From Podarcis pityusensis (Eukaryota), in the NCBI GenBank assembly GCA_964106645.2, contig OZ067040.1: a stretch of 64,000 nt of DNA; one strand, written 5' to 3'. A program made the translations under genes and the position numbers. How positions within the stretch are numbered: position 1 is the stretch's first letter; the number at the start of each line of letters is the position of its first letter. Shown here in pieces: positions 38,508-52,604 of this stretch. The notes below the pieces were generated by a model. The model saw nothing but the letters and a program-made list of their open reading frames with translations. It made no database searches and was not told the origin of the DNA.

Positions 38508-41500
38508 AATGTAGCCATTGCATCTGGAGCGGAAATAAAATGTTTCAAGAAGCTAAGTTTTGAAAAAGAAAAAAAATCCAGTCCAGCAATGGTAACCTTG
38601 TGACAAACTGCCACTTTTATTTACCCTTCCCAAATGGTGTGGAGTTCAATGAGCTGTAGAGTATGGTTACCATGTGTATGTTCATCATTCACTGCCTATC
38701 GCATAAAGTGATGACTTGCATGGGTGAATGAGCTATCAAAGATCAATCACCACAGACAGGATTTCCATTATCAGCCAGTGTTTCCACCTCAAATAATTAC
38801 GTCTTGAGTTGATATTTGACACATTCGACAGGGCGCTATCAAGGGTTCAGCAGTAATCAAGTGATCTTGATTTAACTTCTTAGGCACAATATTTGACTTC
38901 TACATTATGAAAGCATTGCTTTGGTATTTGCTTATATAAGATTAATTTTATGGCAGCATTCTGAGCAGGAAATTTGCAACAAAGCATGAGCATGTGAGCA
39001 TATGGTACATAGCAGAAGATCAAAAGCTTGTTTTGTGGAGGTAAGTATGAGGGTTTTTGATATAAATGTTGGAAAATAAAATACTGAGCTCCTTCTAGCA
39101 AAATAAAAATAGACAGTTTATTTCTCATGACATGTCACTGAATGCTGAACCTCTTAATAGATTTTGCCAGCAAAGAATTCATTTAAATACTTTCAGAGCA
39201 GTCTGCTCAGAGGTACAGCTGTGACAATGTATAATTATTATATTTTTAAAGTTTAAAGAGAGAACAAGGGGAAATAAATTGTAACTCCTAAGGTAATTAA
39301 CACTTTTATACATACACAGTAAAATAGAAATTTCCTAATATTTTTTAAAATTATTTGGTTTCTGTTGTGTTATAAGATCAATTGTCTCTTTGCAAAAGGA
39401 ACTAGAATTTAAGAGAAGCTGCCTGACTCATGTAAATGAAGGCACAAAGAAGACGAAAGTTCACATGTATGCAGAAGCAAATCTGTAGAGAGGTCAAATT
39501 TCCATTTAACAACAGTTTATTTCTTATTAGCTCTATTGTTATGTATCATAGGGTACCTCAGTATATATATCCTAGTCCTTCAGTTTATCTGGGGACCTTA
39601 CCCTTCTTGGACTACCTTGTTTGGCTTATAAAGCCTTGCAATCTGTTGAGCATAATGGCCTTGTCTCTTTCTGAGAGTCTCCCTGAGATGTGGCCTTCTG
39701 AACTTTCCAGGAGACTAGTTATTTGATACTAGTCTTCTTCAATGATTACTTTTCCAGGTTAGATGAAAGACAAAAACAATGCTTTCAAACAGGAATAAAG
39801 CTCCAGGAATCCTGGCAACTGTAGCATTGCATAGCAGAGACCTGTCCTATGTTGCAGTTGCTGTTACAATTGACAAAACAAAGGCAGGAAGGCTGGAGGA
39901 AGAAGGTGAAAGAACCTGCACAAAAAGCTGAAAGGACAGTTGGGGAGCTTTCCTGTTATTTGCCAAGGTGCCTGCTGAAAGAGAGAAAACTAACTGTGGT
40001 TCAAGGCCTAAGTTCTACTGAAGGTGTTGAGCAAGAAGCATAGCTTCAAGGCTTGGGTAGAGCTGTAGCTTCTGGACACAGGCATATGAACACTAAACCA
40101 CACCGCTTTGCTTTTGGAAAGTGCTCCTTGCTATCTAGGACAAGCACAAAGTTGGTGACATTTTCTATTTCTTTTTATATTTTTTCATTTATTTCTTTTT
40201 TTTAGAAGCTACCCAGATCCTTATTTAATATCCTTATGCCCAACTGCACAAAAAACTTATTTCACACTGCACTTTTTTCTTTTTTCTTTTTGACAGTGCG
40301 CAAAAAGGCACTGCAGGTTAGAATAAACCCTGATACGGGCAGAATGGAAAGATGGCTGGAAGGGCTGATTTAGCGAAAAGCAATTCTTCAATAGCACCTC
40401 AAAGATTACCAAAAGTTTACATTTGATAATTCCATACAAATATTTACTTGTTTTCTCTGCCAATGTGAATTTTGTTGCTAGGTGGTCTGGAGAAGTTAGC
40501 AAATGTTTCACTTACAGTGGCATGTTAGAAAGCAAATTCCATTTTCAGTCTTCAGAAGCGTGTTTGGTAATCAGACATAGAAATCTGACAACTTGCAGTT
40601 GCTTCTAGTGAGACAAAGAATGACTATAAATCATTAACAGTCAGATACATGACCTTTCGGTGTTCCATATGTTATTAAACACAAAATAAACCTTTATCTG
40701 AGATTTTATAATTTTTTGATTTTCACTTTATGAAAGCAAAAGGATTCAAAATTATTATTCAGTTATTCTTATTCCATAAAACAAGAAAATGGACTTCATC
40801 ACTTACCTTGCTGAAGAAGCATTCTGATAATTGTTTGTTCTATTTCCATCCCTATACCCACATCTCAAAAGGACTCAAATTGATTAGATTTTTATTTTTA
40901 AAAAACCATCAATTTGCACTGCACAGTATAGTAATTTTTGATGCATCATTATGACATACTGGCGTGTCCATTACTATTCATAAACACTGGATATTCATGG
41001 TCTTTAAAATTAGTCTGAAATTAAATATAAATTTAATTGTACATTAGTTTTATGTTATGCAAGCAGTTAAACATGATTACTACTAAAAATATACAGTATC
41101 TCACAGCTGTTCACAGACTACTTAAACAGAAGCACAATGGCATTTCAATTGGGCCAATTTTGTTTAAATCAATAGGAGTGTTTTCAGAGACAAGTTCAAA
41201 AATTTCATGTGGTATTATCCTGTTCACAATTCACATATGCTGTTCCCCTGTCAAACTCTCTGGAAACTATACAGTACTAGGATCTGTCTGCCCCATGTGA
41301 AAGCTCTACACCTATGTACAGCTACTACCTCAGGGATAATAGTCTTCTCATTGACACTATAGCTTTGCACAGATAGGGAGAATGGTGTGGTGGATGTTTT
41401 CAATTGAATGTCCTTCGCTGAATCTTTTGAAACAATGCAGTCCTATGCAAGACATCCTCAGGCATCTGTGAACCTATGACTGTCCCTGTCATGAAATGAA

Positions 41501-43289
41501 AGTCTGCCTATTTAGATGTGCTCTGGACTGCAGTTTCTAGCTATCTATAATAATAAAAAACCTTTTCAAAATAGGTTCAAAACTCAAAACTCAAGATAGC
41601 AAAAGCAGATAACATCAGCTGTGCTGAGAGCTTTTTTCACTACACTGGAATAAAACATCAAAAACAGGTAGGAGAGAGCAGCCACATAGATAGAATGCAT
41701 GAAATTACACCTAGGTTTAATTTTACAGGGTGATTGGTTTCTTTCTCTGCTGATTACCATATGGGTGTTCCATTGATGTACTATTTGTTTATTCATTGTT
41801 GAGCTGAAATTTTCTTAAGCTTGATGTAGGATAAAAAGTACAAGTCTCATTTGGGAACAAAAAATGGGATAAGCTACCCAAAGTTCACAAATTCTAGAGA
41901 ACTGATAAACAAGTGCTGTTTATTTTATTTCATAAACTTATATACCACTGAGGGTGAGGAACAACCTCAAAGCAGTTTACAAAAAGTTGTATGATATCAC
42001 TTTGGGGGTGCTGGAAATATGTATATTGCAGTAGAAGCCAAAATTAAATTGACCATTTGAACTTTTCTGTTTCAAGATTCATATTTTTAAATATCTACTT
42101 TGCATGCATTCCACAAATTAGAAGACTGAAAAGGTTGTTTCCTTATATGACATCCTTCCTGACTTCCATGCAAAATTGGGACATTCCGACTTCTTTAGGA
42201 GATTAGCTGTAGGTAGCAGGGATAATAATCACATTTCCCCATCTCTTGCATGAGGCCCAGAAATAGATGTGGGAAGAATCCAGCTTTCTGTCTCTTTTTA
42301 TCTAGTGTAACATGGACATATGAAGTGGCTTGGATTTCAGAAATTATTTGCTTTTTGATGTTGCATGGTTCTAGAGCCATTCCATGTCAAAACGTCTCAG
42401 ATCTGAGTGAGCATCTACTCCATCCATGTTTACTGTAGCTGCTAGGAAATAACTGTAACAATGTCTTTGATTTAATGCTAGAAATAAAACTTACCCTGAT
42501 ACTTGAAATTATAAGAGCTTACCAATACAGGAAAATGTTATCTTCAAAGAAAAACGTTCCCTGAATTTTATGACACTTCATAAGTGACATTGCCAAAAAA
42601 AAAAAAAGTGACATTGCCATACCCTGTTATAAATTGCTGAAATATTATGAATTCCAGAGTGATTAATTTGTCTTTATTATGTGTAGGGACACACACACAC
42701 CCTGAGACTAAGATTTTGTGATGCTATTTCAAGTGCTGAACACTCATTTAATAATAAGTATCTAGAAATACAGCTAATTTAATAAAGTTCCTCATGTTAT
42801 CATTAATTCCTTTGGCAGACCATTTCTTAAAAGCCAAAGTTATGGCAGCAATTACAAAACTACACAGCTCTTTAGAGCTTGGTCATAAGAGACTAAGTTC
42901 CATCCCTTAAAAATATGCAATTAATTTCAGTTTTAATAAATTCAGTATTTTGTTCCTTTTGCAACAGAAGTGACTGTTGCAGAGAGGAATTATGTTTCAG
43001 TGAAAATTGAAGTATGCTGATACCTGCAGGATTGGGTTTTTTGTTCTTTGTTTGCTGAATTTTATTCAAATGCAATAAAGGAGTTTTCTGCCAACAGGAC
43101 CACACAGCTGGAAACAACAATTCCATGAATCCATAACATGCATTATTTCTGTCTTATTGTCATTGAATGGACCCAATCCAGTAGCAGTTATTACATGATC
43201 GGGCATAGATGCTGGGTACAGAGAGAGAGGTGGAGTGGCATGAGACTTTATCCTTTCATATGCATACATACATCTAATAGAATGAATGC

Positions 43290-43535
43290 AAGCAATTTCT
43301 CTTAGTGGACTGCATTTTTGTATGTTATTTTCACCAATGTATTCATTTCTATGCACAGTGTTACCTAATATATGCACCTTCATAAACATTGGTTGGGGAA
43401 CTGCATTTCAAAATTTGCATAAGTGCCAATTTTGAAGGATGGTTGTGTTTTAGAAAGTGTTAATTATTTTGGAGGCTGCAAACTCAATTGATCCACCTTT
43501 AAAAGTGAATTGAAACAGATTTCTTTCCCATTCCC
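43290..43535. mobile_element. Old non-autonomous DNA-transposon-like fragment
   Basis: Motifs shared with 26690-26975 (gcaatttctc...tgcattt...aaatgtgaa...atttct). Confidence 0.35.
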
Positions 43536-46500
43536 ACTAGAGGTCACATTGTTTATCCAAGCCATCTGGTATTTCTTTATGTAAGATTCAGCCTGGCAGA
43601 ATGGTTCTTGTGTTGCTCCAGTGGCCCATGAATTGGTTCTGTGACTTGGAGCAATGCTACTCTGGAAGATCTCATCTATAATGAGGGCTCATATGGAATG
43701 TAATTCTATGTCTTAATAATACATCCCATTAGTAATCCCTTAAGCGACTATCATTTTATATTATAGACCTATTTTCTTTCGCTTGTATTCTTGCCATGTT
43801 TTTAATGAGCTCCCATTCTTGGTTCTTCTTAATGAAGATTTGTAGGGAAAGCCACAATATTTCCCATCAAGCTTATTTTCTTTGAGCACACATAGTTAAT
43901 ACCCTAGACACACAGGCTTCTTTACTTGACCTACTCTGTCTTGACACTGCATCACCCCTCAGCCCATCTCTTGTGCTCTTTCAGATCCATTTTATCCTTA
44001 GCCAGGGGCAGACAGTGCAGTGCTTACTTGAATTTTTATCTCCAAGGCACTTTTCAAATTTTAACACATTTTCTTCCCACACACAGTGGTGCAAAGGGAA
44101 GATGCATCAACCCTGGTTTGAAGTAGGAAGGAGAAAAACAGTGACAGAAACAGAGGGAGAGGAAAGCCATCTAAATTTAGATTGTGTGTAAAAATAGACT
44201 GCAGAGGTCTGAAAAGATTTTTTTTTCCCTTTTAAAAGGAGGAATGGGCCATACACAACAGCATAAGATTCGGGAGAGGAGGAGAAGGAGTGGGAAGGGA
44301 CCAGAAAAGCACAAACTGAAGAAAAGAACAGCCACTTAGCTGTCATATCTGTGGCCAATATGTGGTTATTGACAGAGATGAAAAGCAACTAGGTATTGCT
44401 ACAAATGTTCTGGCTATTTTGAACTGGATTTGCAAACCAGACCTGTTCACCTTCACCTTTATCCAGAAGTCAGTCCCAGAATATACAGTGGGACTTAACA
44501 TCCAAGTAAGTATGCAAAGGATTTCATTTTTCCAAAGCATACATAGGTTTTCACAGATGTAAATCCCTTTTAGTTAGATGCCTCCTTCCACTTGCTTTCA
44601 TTTCATTTTATTTTTATTAATCAGATTTGTGAGCTGCCTCATAAAATACATTTTCTCATTGTCATGCAGAATAAAAGAATAAAATATAAAAATAAAACCA
44701 TATTATAATAAAACCACAATAAGCTTAATAGACAATCAACATAAAAACTCAAATACAAAATGAGCATGATAAAATACCATATTTAGCACATAACATTAAA
44801 TATGTAAATTAAAACCACCCACCATACCACAGGGATTTAAAACCAGAACTTATAATTCTTAAACAGGAGCCAGGCAGGCTTCCTTAGGCATTCTATAGCT
44901 AGGGATTCACCACTGAAAAGGCCCGCTCTAAAATGGCTTCCCCCTGAGCTTCAGACTGAGGGACACAGGATACTAATCTTACCACTATGTTTTGTTGTCA
45001 TTTGGACAAATGATTTTTGCAATAGTTTCATATCAGCCATTGTCCCCTTTCCTTCACCTTTTTGTTTTCTTGTACACTCTATATGTACACAGTTCATGAC
45101 TCTTGATAAATCCAGAAAGATATTTCAAGGTCTCTGTCCTTCCTTCCTTCCTCCCTTCCTCAATGTTTTGCTTGTGGTTTGCTTGTTTTTAGACCACAGC
45201 AGGCATTTCTGCCTTTTTTAAATGCAAGCCCATCCAATGAACCAAAAGGGTGTGAGAATATGTACAGAGAATACACAATGAGTTGCAAGGGACAGCCTGA
45301 TTCACAAATGCATGTACGCAGCATAATTTCTCCTTTCTTGATTATGCAGTGCTTGATAATTCTCCGTTGAGTATGTGAACTGAATCCATTGACTAGCTGA
45401 ATCCATGGACATTGTATCTAAAAGGAAAAGGCTTTGAAAGTTCAGAATCTGCTATTTGTTCTGTGAGTCTAGTAAATTCTAGAGTCTAGTAAACTGGTCT
45501 AGTAAATTCATTCACACATACAAGCTAACACATATGTTGCAATAATTCAATACTGAATATGCAACCATAAATTTACTATGAAAAACCAGAGAAACAAATA
45601 ACTGCTGTGGAGAGTGTATAGGCATACTGATTAAAGCTACCCAGAATGGCTGGGGCAACCCAGTCAGATGGGTGAAATATGAAGAATAAAAAGTAGTAGC
45701 AGTTGTTGTTACTCTTACTACCTTTGGAATGAGCTGAACCAGGAAGATATGCTAACTGGTAGGACACTTAAACTCTTAAACACACACTTAAACACACACA
45801 CACACACACACACACCACATTGTATGCAGCAGCACAATGCTTCACTTTTCAAGTAAGTGAATTAGAAATACAATAAACCCTGAGGAAATGATGTTTGTCA
45901 ATTCCTTTGTGTTATCAGCTGCTTTGGTGCAATTTACTTGCTTTCTCAAATGACGCAGTACGATAACAACATGTTTTGCTCAAGTAAAAGCTACATACAG
46001 ATTAATGATAAGTAATAATTTGGTAGATGACCATCACATGTAATTTTAGTCTCTCAATAGCACCATCACTACATTACTTGAAATCAAAGCTGATGGGTTT
46101 TACTGGTGCTAAAATTAAATCTGTGTTCTACCTTGTGTAGCCAAAATGGTATCACACCCACATGAGATACCATTATGCTTTGGGGGACCCAAAGGTTTGT
46201 GGAAGTACAAAAAAAACTTTTTTGCATGGGGGGGGGCAAGGGGGACTCATAGATGATAAAAAACATTCTGGCTAACTAACTGGAGCAGTGAACTGTAGCA
46301 CTCCATATTGCAAAATTTTCTTGATGGTCCCACTTCCATTCTGTACATCACATTCTGAATACAGTGAGAGGGATTAATCATAGAAAGCATTATAATATGC
46401 TACAATTTGCATAGCACATTGGCCAAGGGGACCAAATTCATTGACACTAATGCTCTCAGAAGAAGGGCAATACTTATCTATGCTCTTTCATAAAATTGCA

Positions 46501-48325
46501 GAGAAATTATGTACTATTTATGCAAAGAGGCAGCCTTAGAAAAAGACTGTCACGTTTTGAACCCTTCTTCATAAATTGCTAAGATCAAAACTACAGATAA
46601 TATGCATGTGTGAAACATATTTGATCCAAAATCACAGATTTGCCAAGTGCAAATTCAGATAACTCACTATGGTCATCAGTGGGGGACTTCCTTACAGTGT
46701 GACTTGAACCAGAGGTTCACTCCATGTCTTATTGGCTGCCATCTTGTGGAACACACCACCCACTGAGATTAGAAAGACACTAAGATTGTGTATATTCCCT
46801 TGAATGCCAACCTGCACTCCACATTTATTTTTAGAGGTTTTTCTCAGAAAGATGAGCCTATTAACTGATAGCACTTGCTATTTTTTCAAGTACTGTCTTT
46901 TATTGGTTTTGTTTTATTGTTGCACCCAGCTGTGATATTATCTAAATGTTTAGCAGCTTATAACTATTTCTATTTTTATTTTATTTTTTGGGGGGAAAGC
47001 TGCTCTACTTAGTTAAAATGAAATCACCAATAACACCATTCAAAATAGTATTAATAAACAGAGAGATGAAGAAAACTGAGTGGGTTTATAATGAAGGATT
47101 GGTGACTTGAAGAAAAGGTATAGTTACATCACCAAGGCCAGGAAAACTTGCATGTTCCCATAAAGGGATAATTAGTTGCAATTCAGATTGCATCTCTGTA
47201 AAAAGGGCAGTGAGCTATTTCTTTGATACTTAGATTTTAGTGGGACAGAAGCCACTAAAACCGATGTAGCAAATGTACTCATCACAGTTTCAAAACAACA
47301 GGTTAAATTAGTTTGGAGCCCATAACTGTCAACACAGCAGACATTGGGGGGAAAATAGAGAATTCAGATGGTGTAACTTCTATAGTTGGATGTACATGAG
47401 ATGCACTTCAAACCTTTCTTAAAACTGAAATATGCATTGGTGGCTGCTTTCAAAGGACTGCAATACAAGGCTCTGCCTTAAGATTTGGAAAGAAATGCTG
47501 ATATCAGGGAACTGCTTGATCAGAACATAGCTCAGTGCCCAGTTTGCTCACCAGCGTGCTCACCAACCGGTACAAGCAGGAGATCGGAGTCAATACTGAG
47601 CTAGGGAGAGGGAGAACACGGCTTACTTGCCTGCCGGGGTGAGACAGTCAGAGGACGTTTGAGTTTGTAAAGGGCTAGGGAAGAACGTGTGTGTATGTGT
47701 GTGTGCTGAGTGTGAGAGAAGCAAATGGTTTATGTGGCTTTGAAATTGGAGCAGAGAAGGAGCATATCAGGACCAGTGGTGAGCATAACGGCAGATGTGA
47801 AATTGTATGTGTCTAGGAGAGAAGAATGTGAGGGTGAAAGGGACTGGCTTTCTTGCTAGGCATATCCTAGAGGGAATTTACTGTTGGCAACACTGAATAT
47901 CCATGGAGGCAGGGTGATGAATCTTCCTGGTGTAGAAGGCATAACCAGGTAGTCGAGTATAGTATTTCCAGATTCTGAGGACTCGGAATGATGTACAGTG
48001 GCCCAGGCCAGTTACTGAAAGAGTGTGTTCGTAACCACTGGAAACTGCACACACATGTGTGGTGGCAGCAATAGTAGTGGTGATTGCATCACTTATTTCC
48101 TGTTTTGCGCTACTTTTGTATATAAAGTCTTAAGAATTCTCTTTGCATGCTCGTAGATCTGCAGGTGTCTTATTTTTTTACCAACACACAAGGTTGGACA
48201 TTCATTAAACCTTTTTTTTTTTTTACAAGTGAGGTGAACAGTTAATGCTCTCCTTTAAGAAAAGATACTTGCCTTTCCATATAACATTGAACTGGTCTAC
48301 ATGAGGCTGCAATTGTGCCACTTAA

Positions 48326-48605
48326 AAGGTAAAGGACCCCTGACAGTTAACTCCAGTCATGAACGACTCTGGGGTTGCGGCTCTCATCTCACTTTACAGG
48401 CCGAGGGAGCCAACGTTTGTCCACAAACAGTTTTTCCGGGTCATGTGGTCAGCATGACTACGCTGCTTCTGGTGAAACCAGAGCAGCGCACGGAAACGCC
48501 GTTTACCTTCCCGCTGGAGTGGTACCTATTTATCTACTTGCACTTTGATGTGCTTTCGAACTGCTAGATTGGCAGCAGCTGGGACCGAGCAATGGGAGCT
48601 CACCC
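48326..48605 (-). mobile_element. Sauria SINE, 5'-truncated
   Basis: Reverse complement of the SINE body and tail (AAGGTAAAGG). Approximate TSD TG(C/T)CACTTAA at 48316-48325 and 48606-48615. Confidence 0.85.
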
Positions 48606-51600
48606 TGTCACTTAAGAACTATTTATACTCAGTTGCGGAGGATAGAACCAGTTAACTAATGTACACCCTTATTTCAATGGAAAGATGAAAGGGTCTCATT
48701 GTTGTACATGCGTTGAAGATTATTTAAAACTTTTTTTATTCAGATGTAGAGTATATTCTAAAACAAATAAGCAAATATAATGACACACACAAAAAAAACA
48801 CAGCTTAGTGCTGTGTGCCCAGCTATGTGCTGTGGGTTCTGTGTGAATGAAATACAGAATATTTTCAAGATTTAAAAAGTGGGGCTGATCATATCAGAAC
48901 ATGATACAGCACTAGGGGTCTAGGCATGTGCTATGTGTAATATGACCTTGGACCTTGATACTGCATGGCTGAGATTGAAAGGCTGTACCTCATTATCCAT
49001 GAGTGCATTGAGAATTTTCAGACTCCATCTTCAGCACCAGAACTCAACAGCCTTATGTTGAGAAGCCTCTGGAGCTAATTCAATGAGGCTCAGGGGGCTG
49101 CAGCAAAAAGGGAAATAATGGCAGCTCCTCTTCCTTTGGAAAAGGAAACTGTGTGGTTATATTCAAAAGCATATACGCCTTGTTTTTAACATAATGCACT
49201 ATCAAAATGTTTTGCATTTTATAATGACTTTTGCCAGAAAACATATTATGGAAATAAAAATGTAGTTGTAAATGGGAATAGAAAAAATGTAGACATCAAA
49301 CATAGAAAATGTGTCCCTGTGTTTTTTTACAATAGTTATTAAAATTAGTGAAAAGAACCCCCTGTTCCAAGGGAGTAAGGAAACAGCCCTCATTCTCATA
49401 AAGGCTTGTCTGTAGACAAAGGAACTGGCACTGATAAAATCCTTTGAGGGATAGAATCTTTCTGAAGATCAAATTAAAGGAAACTCTTGATGGGACAATG
49501 AGTGCAGGTTCAAGTGTATACACAAGAGATGAAGGAAAGCATTTGATCTTTTAAGAACCAATATAAAAAGTTGTAAAAGGAAATACTTTTTTAATTGAAT
49601 ACAGGCTTTTACAAAAAAGGGGGATTGAGATCTCTTCAGCCATGAAAGTGGAACGAATATGATGCTGAAGAGATAAGCAAATTGGATATTCAAAGTATAC
49701 CAACATTTCAAATTATGTCACAAGTGTATCTGCAGCATTTTCTTTCCATTGACAGTGAAGTTGACATTGTCCTTTAACAATCTACTGGTAATCCTTTAAG
49801 CACCATGGTTTACATTTTTAAAACCACATGTAATTCTAGAACAGAACAGAATTTAAATGTTGCATGAATTGAAATTGAGTCAAGTTTTTGAAACATGAGA
49901 CTGTGGTTTTTAGAAGTTTTATTTCTGAGATTGGTATACAAAGTTCTAAACCTCTGAATATATGTCAGTTATTAGAAGATACATTTTTTTCAAGTGTGTT
50001 TTCCTGAAGTTTGACCTACTTGGAAATAAAATATTTAGCAGCTGCCATTTTGTGTGTGTGTTGTAATTTTACTTTCATGTGTTTTAGAGTCTTCTAAGCT
50101 TCCTTGTAAAGGCAGCATCTGGGCTAAAAATTGGATTAAAAAAATAAAGAACTTTAAAAACTCACAATAAGAAAAAATAAAACACAGAAATATCAAAGAT
50201 ACACAATGCCCAAACTGCAGCAACCTCAACACAACATTAAAATAAATGAATCCAAAGTCAAGAATTTCATAGTCCATATGTTTCAAAATAGAGTTCACAT
50301 ATAAACTCCAGATCTACTTAAATATTTGTTTTCTATCAAAATTTACTTCCGCGCTTATACTTTCTGTGTCACATGCCTAACCCCAATCAGTCATGCCACA
50401 GTTTTGCCCTGGCACTTCCAAGCAACCAAAGGCAAAAGTGAGACCTGCACACCAAAATTAGATTTGTGGGAAAATGGTTCATGTACATTTTATGCAATCA
50501 CTGTTATTTCACATTGATTTCATCACAAGCAGCCATTTGTTTCCAGAGCTGCTTGTGAAACAATGCAACCCAACCAATGCACAGATTGAGATTACCCTAT
50601 TCCTCCGATCACTCATAAATGGAAAGCTTTTTGATCAAGTAATCTATAAATATCCTAAATAAACGAATAAAATAGCTTGTGAACCACTGTCAGACCACTG
50701 TCAGTCTCTTTGCGGATCATTTTGGCCCTGATTGCTTCAATGGCTTGATTTCATCTGCTGTATGTTGAGCAGATTGCAACCTAGCTTGCTATTCTGATTA
50801 TTTAACAAGCATTGTTCCAGTTAATATCAAGAATACAGTGGCATTTTATTGAAAGTTGGACCTGTTCTTGGCTGGCTTTAAGAATGATTGAGACTCTTTA
50901 ATTGAGTTGTGTGAAATACGCCTGCAGCCTCAACATTTATATCCCTGACAATAGCCATTTGTTTCTGCTTCACTGACTCCCAAAAATGGCAGCTTGAAAG
51001 AGAACATCTAATCCTAAAGCAGCCATAACTGCCTCAACTCTAATCCTAAACACTTTGTTAGGAGTAACTTCTCCTGAATTTAACACTACAAATTATATGA
51101 TCCAGTTGCCATTTCTATAGTTGAAAATTTCCAGGCAATTAAAAAAACCAGACACTTCATGATGTATTCTTTTTTTTTTTTCCTGAAGGATAATATACAC
51201 CGACCACTTTTACATAAAATTTTTGAGTTGGTCTAGCAAAACTTAATGAAAAGGAAGTTATAAATTGCTTTTATTGTTTGGGGGCGATTTAAAACTAGAC
51301 AGGAACATGGTGTATAATTATGACCTGTTTTTTCGTAAATTAACTAACCAAAGAATAGCAACAGATACTTGGCATATTTATTGGGACTGGCTTTTATCAG
51401 ACACATAGCTAGGTGAAAACAGTACTGTTTTCCTGAAGGAAACTGCAAACTCATCTAATGAAGGGTATCTGTTTGGCGCAGGCAGAATATTTTTCTAGAT
51501 ATCTATTGATCTTCAGATTGTAGTTGCTTCTGTGATTTATTTGTATGACAGTGTTTCAAATACTTTTTAAAATAGCCTTAGGCTTCTGATACACTTGACA

Positions 51601-51731
51601 TATTTTTAGAATTGTAGTCATATCAATATAAAATGCACATCTTTTCTTTTCTGGGAGTAGATAACACTATACCTACTTTCCTAAAATACATAGGCATTTT
51701 AACTACATCTCTCATACACGTTCCTATTGCT

Positions 51732-51869
51732 CAGGGCTTTTTTTTCCCTGCCAGATCTCAACAGAACTCAGTTCTGGTACCTCTCAGGTGGGGCCATTGC
51801 TATTATGAGAAAACAAGGGATGTGTTCATGGTGAGTTCTGGCAAATCTTTTTCTAGAAAAATAGCACTG
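51732..51869. mobile_element. hAT-type MITE
   Basis: Perfect 8-bp TSD CTATTGCT (51724-51731, 51870-51877). TIRs CAGGGCTTTTTTT / AAAAATAGCACTG. Confidence 0.85.
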
Positions 51870-52073
51870 CTATTGCTGCTTGTGGCGACCACCCTGTCCA
51901 AGCTGTCATACAACCATTTTTCTTTACTTTCATAGTCTTTCAGGGGAAAACCTCTTACAATCCTTATTTATTATGTCTCATTCTGAAAATTTCTGTATTA
52001 AAAATGCAATAGTGCTGCTTTGGAGAAAGCTCCTACAGAAGATTCCTATTTACAATATAGATCTCCTATTGAA

Positions 52074-52604
52074 CAGGGGTATTCAACATGGTTCCTACAT
52101 ATGCTGTTCCTCTTCGTCATCTTCCTTGACTTATAGGAAGCAAGTGGCACTGTGGTCTAAACCACTGAGCTTCTTGGGCTTGCCAATTGAAAGGTCAATG
52201 GTTAGAATCCATGTGATGGGGTGAGCTCCTATTGCTCTTTCTCAGCTTCTGCCAACCTAGCAGTTCGAAAGCATACCAGTGTGAGTAGATAGGTACGGCA
52301 GTGGGGGAAAGGTAAACGGCATTTCCGTGCACTCTAGCACTTGTCACGGTGTCCCGTCACACCAGAAGCGGTTTAGTCATGCTGGCCACATGATCCAGAA
52401 AAGTTGTCTGTGGACAAACACCGGCTCCCTCGACCTGAAACAATATAAGTGCCGCACCCCATAGTCACCTTTGACTGGACTTAACCATCCAAGGGTCCTT
52501 TACCTTTTACTTTTTACCATCCCTGACCATTGACCATGCTATCTATGGATGATGGGAGTTGTAGTCCACAATATTAGGAAAGCCCCACATTAGCTGCCCA
52601 AGCT
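52074..52604. mobile_element. Degenerate hAT-type MITE interrupted by the Sauria SINE
   Basis: Right part contains CATCCCTGACCATTG...GATGATGGGAGTTGTAGTCC, related to the 3722 MITE. Left part starts CAGGGG. Confidence 0.5.
52136..52517 (+). mobile_element. Sauria SINE, older copy
   Basis: Colinear with the 24485 copy, with CpG decay. CCTTTACCTTTTAC tail. Confidence 0.85.

Noticed and set aside
47600-48190. Possible solo LTR (similar candidates at ~8100-8570, ~37850-38340, ~39780-40160)
   Set aside because: Composition is suggestive, but no TG...CA boundaries with TSD could be established.
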